From Eledone cirrhosa (Eukaryota), in contig CAXHJY010001495.1 of the NCBI GenBank assembly GCA_964016885.1, positions 1 to 64,000 of the forward strand: a stretch of 64,000 nt of DNA. Reading direction: 5' to 3'. Below the pieces are notes generated by a model that worked only from the letters and a program-made list of their open reading frames with translations, did no database searches and had not been told where the DNA came from. The position numbers were made by a program, and so were the translations under genes. Shown here piece after piece: positions 55,520-64,000 of this stretch; the stretch's first letter is position 1, and every line of letters begins with the position of its first letter.

Positions 55520-56030
55520 CACCTTACTGATGTGTCAGGTGATATCCGTAGGGTTCCACCTCTGTTTCAGCGCCTTAGCCTCGCCATCACCTCACCTCAC
55601 CTTACTGATGTGTCAGGTGATATCCGTAGGGTTCCACCTCTGTTTCAGCGCCTTAGCCTCGCCATCACCTCACTTTACTGAGGTCTCGAGTGATACCCGT
55701 GGAGGTGCCTGGCTGTTTCAGCGCCTTAGCCTCGCCCTCGCCTCACCTTACTGATGTGTCAGGTGATACCCGTGGGAGTTCCCCCTCTGTTTCAGCGCCT
55801 TAGCCTCGCCATCACCTCACCTCACCTCACCTTACTGATGTGTCAGGTGACAGCCGTGGGGGTTCCCCCTCTGTTTCGGCGCCTTAGCTTCGCCATCACC
55901 TCACCTTACTGAGGTCTCGAGTGATACACGTGGAGGTGCCTGGCTGTTTCAGCGCCTTAGCCTCGCCATCACCCAGCCTTACTGAGGTCTCAGGTGATGC
56001 TCGTGAGGGTGCCTTAGCTTCACCATCACC
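55520..56030. repeat. ~73-83-bp minisatellite, ~7 copies, two unit types
   Basis: CACCTTACTGA(TGTGTCAG|GGTCTCGA)GTGATA..TGTTTCAGCGCCTTAGCCTCGCCATCACCT. Confidence 0.9.
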
Positions 56031-57749
56031 CGTGGTAATGCTGCGAGCGTGTTGACTTGCCTCAAAGTAATTAACCCCCAAGGTGTGAGGTGCGGCCGAT
56101 TGCCGCACTTGGTGATGAATTACCCCCCACCCTCTCTTTTTTTTCTTTCCTTTATCCTTTTTGTTCAATGAATTATATTATATTTTCTCCACATTGTTTA
56201 CAACCATACAGGTATATATTTGAGGAAAACAACAAAGCGTCAATAAGGTGATTAACTGCAGGTGTCAGGTTGACCGACAAGACAATATCGCTTTGGTCGG
56301 TTATAAATCTAACAATAAATGGAATGCCGAATCCTTTAGATTTTTTTTTTTTTTTTTTTTTTATAGAAAGAATTCTGGCGTTTAAATTTCTTATTGTTAT
56401 TTATAATAAACACCATGACGCACCAACAACACCTGGACAATTAAGGTTTTATTCTTTTAAACCTTTTTTTTTTTTTTACTGGTTTCAGTCATTCAAGGTT
56501 TTAATCGATCATATCAACCCCAATACTTATTCCAGTCATGTTATCAAATATTTCTATCTGTCGAACAGCTAAACCACAGGATCATATTGAACTGGGTTGT
56601 GTCTTGTGTTCTTGAGCAAAACACATCATTTCACGTTGCTCGAGCATACTCAGCTGAAGTACCAGCAGTATCTAGAGGTTTAGGCTTGCCATGAAGTGGT
56701 GTCTTGTCCAGAGGAGGAGGGGGGGGGGTATGTCTTTTAGTCTCAGTCGCTTAACACCAGGAAAACTAGAATAAGTACTGGCCTTATGAGCCCCTGGGCT
56801 TGAGACAGTTACAAGTAACATATAATAAATATTCCCCAATACTACAATTACCACATTTATTAGTTTGGATGGTAACTAGTAAGCGATTTCCAAAGGTTTA
56901 CCGGCATCGGTAACAGAACGCCATATGTTTGGTTTCAGTCCGTGGGGAATTGGCAATGATGAGATCCTATAAGTCATTTCCAGGCAGCAGAAGTGTCACC
57001 GAAGTAGACACCATCTGTTGCCCATTGGTTTAGTTATTCAGCTGTCAATACTCCTCTCCAATAATCAACAATAACAATTAAGCAGAGGAAACAGATATAA
57101 CTAATTAGTTACAAGTTGTTGAGTATGTCAAACACAGCAATCGTGACAATATGGACCATCACGTGTGGGGAAAAAAAATTTCGTGACGGGAGATAACATG
57201 GGGAAGTATTGAAGAAAATGGAAAAAAAAAATGTCGAAAAAAACATCACCGTAAAGAATCCCAAGTCCGACAACTGAAAAAAGTACAACATTGAAATATT
57301 GTGTATCCGGCAGCGATTCCCCATGTAGGGCGCATGCGTCACGGGAGTTGGGATTTGAATATTTAAATGAACAATTTGAATAGATTAATGAGAACAAATT
57401 TCAGATTTTTACCTTAACTTTGCTACACGTTACTGTCGGTAACTCCTGTCTCACCTCCTCCACATGTTATTGTGCATCTGGCACCACCTATACACTAATT
57501 TGTTTAAGCTTTGCAGTTGATCATCGCTGTTTTCGTATCAAATGGGGGCATTTTCATATCTAAGGGGCGCATAACATTTTTGAGACGTTGATGAGGGTCA
57601 TAATGCACAAAAGATTGGGAAATATTGGGTATACAGTCTCAACAAATATGACAATGTGTGAAGCAAGGAAATTGGTATAAAGGGAAAATATACCAGCAGA
57701 TGAGTCGATTGTATCTTGATAGGTGCTACTGTTTCATGATAGGGGACGG

Positions 57750-58075
57750 CATAAAGGCACCTCGTCGGTTATAACGACGAATGTTCCAGTTGATACGATT
57801 AGTGGAACAGCCTGCTCATGAAATATCGTGCACGTGGCTGAGCATTCCACAGACATGCGTACCCGTAACGTAGTTCTCGGAGAGATTCAGCGTGACACAC
57901 AATATAAGGCTGACCCTTCAAATTACAAGTACGACTCGTTTTTGTCAGCTGAGTGGACTGGAATAACATGAAATAAAGTGTCTTGCTCAAGGACACAACG
58001 GGCCACTGGGAAGCGAATTTACGATCTTACGATTGTAAACCGAATACACTAACCACAAAACCAAGCATCTCCTTC
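57750..58075 (-). mobile_element. tRNA-derived SINE related to the SINE-2 head, with a different body
   Basis: TGTGTCCTTGAGCAAGACACTTTATTTCA after a degenerate tRNA-like head. Confidence 0.7.
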
Positions 58076-58189
58076 ACGACATAAGTATGTGTGAAGATCA
58101 TGATTGACCAGAAGGTACCAGAAGAGTTCGAAGACAACGTTAGAAAGGAAATAAATTATGAACAGGGTTAAATAGGCAATCTGAACAAA

Positions 58190-58345
58190 TGTTTCTACTT
58201 TTGGCACAAGGCCAGCAATTACGCCAGTTTATTACTGGTACTTTATTTTATCGATCCCGTAAGGATGAAGGAAAAAGTTAACCTCGGCGGGTTTTGAAAT
58301 CAGACCGTAAAGGACCGAAACTCTATGCTGCAAAGCATGGCGTCC
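58190..58345 (-). mobile_element. SINE-1
   Basis: Reverse complement of the consensus. Confidence 0.8.
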
Positions 58346-58821
58346 GAGACTACTTCCAATCCATCGCCCTTATCTGCCAATCCATCGTGGTGGTAACATT
58401 CCATGTATCACCAAACAAGCTTGTCAAAATTATAGGTAAATTCGGAGTGACAGCAGTCCCGTCTGAGGAAGGAACCCCACGAGGTGGGCTGGCTGTTGCA
58501 GTGGGTGTCGCTGTCCATTACCCGAGGAAATGCTTTTGCCATTTTGTCTGTGGAGTGCAGCCGAAACACCACTCTGACTTGGGTGTAGAGTCTATCACCT
58601 TCTCCCCTTCCTCTTTTCTTTCGTTGTTTAATGATCCTTGCACTTTCCCTCATTTTCTTCTCATTCATAGTTTTTTGTAATACTAAATATCACTAGACCA
58701 CCCATGTTCACTTAAAAATAATTTTTAAATAATTAAATTATACACAGATATGTATATAATGTGAAATGAAGCTGGAAGACCCATATATATACGTGTGTAT
58801 GTATACATATAAATGTGTGTA

Positions 58822-60432
58822 TCATCATCATCATCATCATCATCACCGTTTTACGTCCGTTCTTCCACGCTAGCATGGGTTAGACGGGTTGTCCTGTTGT
58901 GTGCAGTGTCTGGTCGGCTGACCATGCCTTGCTCATACAGGAACTGATCTGGCTTGGTTTCTACAGCTGGATGCCCTTCCTAACACCAACCTCATTTACA
59001 GTGAGTGCTGGGTGCTTTTTCGTGGCGCCTACACGTCCACTTTACAGTGTGGGCTGGGTGATTTTTTGCCGTGGCACCTCCACGACCACCTTGCGGGGGG
59101 GGGGGGGGCATATTGTTTATATGCTTCAGCATGTACCCATGGGAGGTCGGGTACTCTGTATTACTGCGTGACGCCAGAAGTCACGGTCGTGGGTCATTGT
59201 CTTTGAGAGGTGTAATTGGGTAAGGTCGGCTTTTATCACCTCATCCCAGGTCATCTTGGGTCTCCCCACTCCGCGGTTTCCATCAACTTCTAGTGCTCTG
59301 CACCTTTTTATGCAGCTGTCATCCTTCATACGCCTCACATGTCCATACCAGCGCAACCGCCTCTCCTGCACACAGCATTTGATTCCTCTTATGCTCAGTC
59401 TCTCTCTCAATTCATTTATGCTTTGTCGTTCACGTATATTACTGTTACACATCCATCGGAGCATGCCGGCTTCGTTTCTCTTTAATCTACGTAAGTCTTC
59501 CACCTTCAGCGCCCAGGTCTCACTACCATGCAACATCGCTGTTCGGATACACGCATCATACAGTCTGCCTTTCATTCTGAGGGAGAAGCCTTTTGCAGCT
59601 AGCAGTGGTAGTAGTTCCCTAAACTTCTTCCATCCCGTTCTTACCCTAGTTATTGTACTTTCTGAACACCCACCTCCGTTGCTAATTCGGTCACCTAGGT
59701 AGCAGAAGCTGTCTACTGTTTCTACAGGGCCCTCCCAGAGATTGGTGGTACTTGTTTCCTGTGGCTGTTTGCTGCTTGCTGTTTCAGCACAGCTGCTGCA
59801 TGTGAATCCTACATTCTTAATTAAGCTTCCTGAGATCCCGCTACATCTCTTGTGTACCCATTGTTTGCATTTGGGGCAGAGAATGGAGTTCCTACCTACA
59901 CCTTTCCTACATACTGAGCAAGGCCATTTCCCTGAGGGGATCTGGGTTCTGTTTTCTCGTCTACTTACAAGGACCTTAGTCTTTGTCATGTTGACTTTGA
60001 GACCCTTTCTCTCTAGTCCCTGCTTCCAGGTTTGGAATTTATTCTCTAGTTCTATCATAGATTCAGCTATGAGTGCGAGGTCATCAGCATACAGGAGTTC
60101 CCATGGGCATCCGGTCTTAAATTCCTCCGTTATTACCTGCAGGACTATGATGAACAGGAGAGGGCTAAGAACAGAGCCCTGGTGGACCCCAACCTGTACG
60201 CTAAATTCCTCGCTATACTCATTGCTAATCCTAACTTTGCTGACTGCTCCCCTATACATGGCTTGTACAGCTTTCACAAGCCATTCATCTACTCCTAGTT
60301 TTCTAAGAGCCCACCAGATTACAGCACGTGGAACTCTGTCAAAGGCTTTCTCAAGGTCGACAAATGCCAAGTAGAGTGGCTTACTTTTAGCTAGGTACTT
60401 TTCCTGTAATTGCCTCACAAGGAAGAGGGCAT
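58822..60432 (-). mobile_element. 5'-truncated RTE LINE with intact RT frame, 3' UTR and (GAT)n tail
   Basis: ORF below; the 3' UTR contains GGTTGGTGTTAGGAAGGGCATCCAGC; tail seen as (ATC)n on the + strand at 58822-58845. Confidence 0.93.
59126..60432 (-). CDS. RTE reverse transcriptase (C-terminal ~435 aa) with a PHD-like Zn-finger insert
   Basis: FVDLEKAFDRV, GVHQGSVLSPLLF, LLYADD, CSVC..CPKC..WVHKRC..CSSC, FCYLG, HGSETW, RLRWYGH. The first ~33 aa of the called ORF are microsatellite. Confidence 0.92.
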
Positions 60433-60463
60433 TTATATATATATAAATGTGAGTGTATACATA

Positions 60464-60508
<45 letters not shown>

Positions 60509-60930
60509 GTGCCTGTTATCTATATACACTGGTCATAGACACACACTCACATATATATATATATATATATATACATACACACACATCACCAGCTCCCACT
60601 CTCTCACTCTCTCTCTTCCATTCTCCTTCTCTGCCTCCTCCTCTCTCTGTCTCTCTTTCAATCTAATTTCTTTCTATCTTTCTCTCTCTATTTCTGTTTA
60701 TGAAGGTACCCGGAAAAAAACCCTATCTCGGGAGCCCGTGATCCGATTTACGCGAAACTTGTTTTATTCTATTTGTACTCCCATTTCAGGGTCAACTTCC
60801 TTTCAAAGAATTTTCCCATTTTGCGCCCTTTTGGCTGTAATACATTACAGACAGGCAAGCAAGCACAGAGTTTTAGTAGTATATAGATATTCTGAGTCTC
60901 TTGCCGGTTGGTTTTGCCCGTAAAATCTGT

Positions 60931-61762
60931 CCAGTGATTCTCTCCTGAGACATTCTAACCACATGTCCATAGTATCTGAGCTGTGATCTCTCAATTCAGA
61001 GAAGTAGCAGCTCTACCTGGAATGACTCTCCAGTGATTCTTTCCTGAGATATTCTAACCACATGTCCATAGTATCTGAGCTGTGATCTCTAAATTTGGAC
61101 AAGTAGCAGCTCTACCTGGAGTGACTCTCCAGTGATTCTTTCCTGAGACATTCTAACCACATATCCATAGTATCTGAGCTGTGATCTCTCAATTCAGAGA
61201 AGTAGCAGCTCTACCTGGAGTGACTCTCCAGTGATTCTTTCCTGAGACATTCTAACCACATATCCATAGTATCTGAGCTGTGATCTCTCAATTCAGAGAA
61301 GTAGCAGCTCTACCTGGAGTGACTGTCCAGTGATTCTTTCCTGAGACATTCTAACCACATGTCCATAGTATCTGAGTTGTGACCTCTAAATTTGGAGAAG
61401 TAGCGGCTCTACCTGGAGTGACTCTCCAGTGATTCTTTCCTGAGACATTCTAACCACATGTCCATAGTATCTGAGCTGTGATCTCTAAATTTGGACAAGT
61501 AGCAGCTCTACCTGGAGTGACTGTCCAGTGATTCTTTCCTGAGACATTCTAACCACATGTCCATAGTATCTGAGCTGTGATCTCTCAATTCAGAGAAGTA
61601 GCAGCTCTACCTGGAGTGACTCTCCAGTGATTCTTTCCTGAGATATTCTAACCACATATCCATAGTATCTGAGCTGTGACCTCTAAATTTGGAGAAGTAG
61701 CGGCTCTACCTGGAGTGACTCCAGCGGTTCTTTCCTGAGACATTCTAACCACATATCCATAG
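60931..61762 (-). repeat. 99-bp minisatellite (8 copies plus a partial) derived from the same RTE segment as the 123-bp array
   Basis: Units start at 60931, 61030, 61129 and so on: CCAGTGATTCTTTCCTGAGACATTCTAACCAC...GGAGTGACTCT. Confidence 0.93.
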
Positions 61763-61966
61763 AAATGATAGCTAAGGTATTAAAAAAAGGGGTCTAATTA
61801 GTAATACGATAAATGGCAGCAAAGATAACCTTCTCTGAAGCAATGTCGACCTAAATAAAACAGTGAATTATCTGTCGTGAATTATCAGTGACTCACTCTC
61901 CAGAAATATATTTCACATTGAAGTCTAATAAAGGAGAGAAGTGAGGAACATTTCTTTTTATATTTA

Positions 61967-62553
61967 CTCTCGTTCTCTCTCGTTCTCTCTCTCTCTTTCT
62001 CTGTCGTTCTCTCCCTCTCTTTCTCTCTCGTTCTCTCCCTCTCTCGTTCTCTCCCTCTCTCGTTCTCTCCCTCTTTTTCTCTCTCGTTCTCTCTCTCTTT
62101 CTCTCTCGTTCTCTCTCTCTTTCTCTCTCGTTCTCTCTCTCTTTCTCTCTCGTTCTCTCTGTTTCTCTCTCGTTCTCTCTGTTTCTCTCTCGTTCTCTCT
62201 CTCTCTCTCGTTCTCTTTCTATCTCGTTCTCTCTTTCTCTCTCGTTCTCTCTCTCTCTCTCTCGTTCTCTCTCTCTCTTTCTCTCTCGTTCTCTCTCGTT
62301 CTCTCTCGTCCCCTCTCTATCGTTCTCTTTTTCTCTCGTCCCCTCTCTATCGTTCTCTCTCTCTCTATCATTTTCTCTCTATCATTTTCTCTCTATCATT
62401 CTCTCTCTATCTCTATCATTCTATCATTCTCTCTCTATCTCTATCATTCTATCATTCTCTCTCTATCTCTATCATTCTATCATTCTCTCTCTATCTCTAT
62501 CATTCTATCATTCTCTCTCTATCTCTATCATTCTATCATTCTCTCTCTATCAT

Positions 62554-62594
<41 letters not shown>

Positions 62595-63218
62595 CTCTTT
62601 CTCTCTCTCTCATTCTCTCTCTATCGTTCTCTCATTCTCTCTCTATCGTTCTCTCTCTCTCTCTATCATTCTCTCTCTCTCTCTCTATCATTCTCTCTCT
62701 CTCTCTCTATCATTCTCTCTCTCTCTCTCTATCATTCTCTCTCTCTCATTCTCTCTCTCTCTCTCTATCATTCTCTCTATCTCTATCATTCTCTCTATCT
62801 CTATCATTCTCTCTCTATCATTTTCTCTCTCTCTCTCTCTCTATCATTCTCTCTCTCTCTCTCTATCATTCTCTCTCTCTCTCTCTATCATTCTCTCTCT
62901 CTCTCTCTATCATTCTCTCTCTCTATCATTCTCTCTCTCTCTCTCTCTCTATCATTCTCTCTCTCTCTATCATTCTCTCTCTATCATTCTCTCTCTCTCT
63001 TATCATTCTCTCTCTATCTCTATCATTCTCTCTCTATCTCTATCATTCTCTCTCTATCGTTCTCTCTCTCTCTCATTCTCTCTCTCTCTCTCTCATTCTC
63101 TCTCTCTCTCATTCTCTCATTCTCTCTCTCTCTCGTCGTTCACTTTTTCTCTCTCACCCTCTCTTTCTTTCTCGCTCATCATCTCTCCTCTGCTTGTCTC
63201 TCTCTTTCTCTCTCTCAT
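61967..63218. repeat. (CT)/(CTAT)/(CATT) compound microsatellite
   Basis: Direct inspection. Confidence 0.97.
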
Positions 63219-63480
63219 CACACTGCCATACAACTTGACATTACATCTGAAATATCTACACCAGAGGGCGGTACAATTTTTTTAATTTTTTTTTGTCAGA
63301 GTATTTCTTATTAAGATCTTATCCACATTGCCTGCCTTTTTCAATTGATTTATTATCTATACTAGCAGAAAAACCACCTTTCGGGTGGTTTTCTTCTAGC
63401 ATGTGTAGTGTGTATATTGATATTATACACAAATATATATACAGGTAGATATGATACATCAAATAAAATCGTAATTGACA

Positions 63481-64000
63481 ATGCTGGGAACTCATTCGTG
63501 CTTCTAGCTGTGCTGGGAGCTCTTTTGTGCTTCCAGGCGTGCTGGGAGCTCATTCGTGCTTCCAGGCGTGCTGGGAGCTCATTCGTGCTTCCAGGCGTGC
63601 CGGGAGCTCATTCGTGCTTCTAGCCGTGCTGGGAGCTCTTTTGTGCTTCCAGGCGTGCTGGGAGCTCATTCGTGCTTCCAGGCGTGCCGGCAGCTCATTC
63701 GTGCTTCCAGGCGTGCCGGGAGCTCATTCGTGCTTCTAGCCGTGCTGGGAGCTCTTTTGTGCTTCCAGGCGTGCTGGAAGCTCATTCGTGCTTCCAGGCG
63801 TGCCGGGAGCTCATTCGTGCTTCCAGGCGTGCTGGGAGCTGTTTTGTGCTTCCAGGCGTGCTGGGAGCTCATTCGTGCTTCCAGGCGTGCCGGGAGCTCA
63901 TTCGTGCTTCCAGGCGTGCTGGGAGCTCTTTTGTGCTTCCAGGCGAGCTGGGAGCTCATTCGCGTTTTTCCAGGCGTGCTGGGAGCTCCTTCGTGTTTCC
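63481..64000. repeat. 29-bp GC-rich minisatellite, ~18 copies, running off the window
   Basis: GTGCTGGGAGCTCATTCGTGCTTCCAGGC. Confidence 0.95.

Noticed and set aside
58390-58620. GC-balanced unique stretch that could be a host exon
   Set aside because: There is no recognisable domain, a purine-rich rather than pyrimidine-rich acceptor context on the minus strand, and stops in the candidate frames.
59256-60374. Antisense ORFs over the RTE (and over the CRE and RTE fragments at 5.7-6.5 kb and 15-16 kb)
   Set aside because: These are shadow frames of the real coding strand with no independent motifs.

Overview
This is repeat-saturated animal (eukaryotic) DNA with no recognisable host exon. The (TA)n/(CA)n/(CT)n load, the tRNA-derived SINE families and the RTE LINEs look like a coleoid cephalopod (Octopus-like) genome; that assignment is inference. 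Most ORFs in the track are microsatellite or minisatellite artefacts. The real coding remnants are all retroelements: a Penelope-like element (PLE, Naiad-type RT plus GIY-YIG) forming a 3.3-kb inverted structure, several RTE-clade LINE fragments, and CRE-like RLE fragments. There is also a complete non-coding LTR element (tRNA-Trp PBS, PPT, AGTT TSD). The most striking signal is a system centred on the (TA)n tracts. About 20 type-I hammerhead ribozyme (HHR) motifs from more than 10 unrelated sequence families sit in short cassettes inserted into (TA)n. About 18 cassettes are head-to-head palindromes, mostly with one long and one short arm, and some join non-identical arms. Six unrelated families share a covarying bulged hairpin (ACTC-stem-loop-stem-bulge-GAGTRCY) in their 3' tails. 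One family is a 450-bp non-coding HHR tandem unit with an octamer motif (retrozyme-like). All coordinates were read by eye; ends next to microsatellites are approximate.
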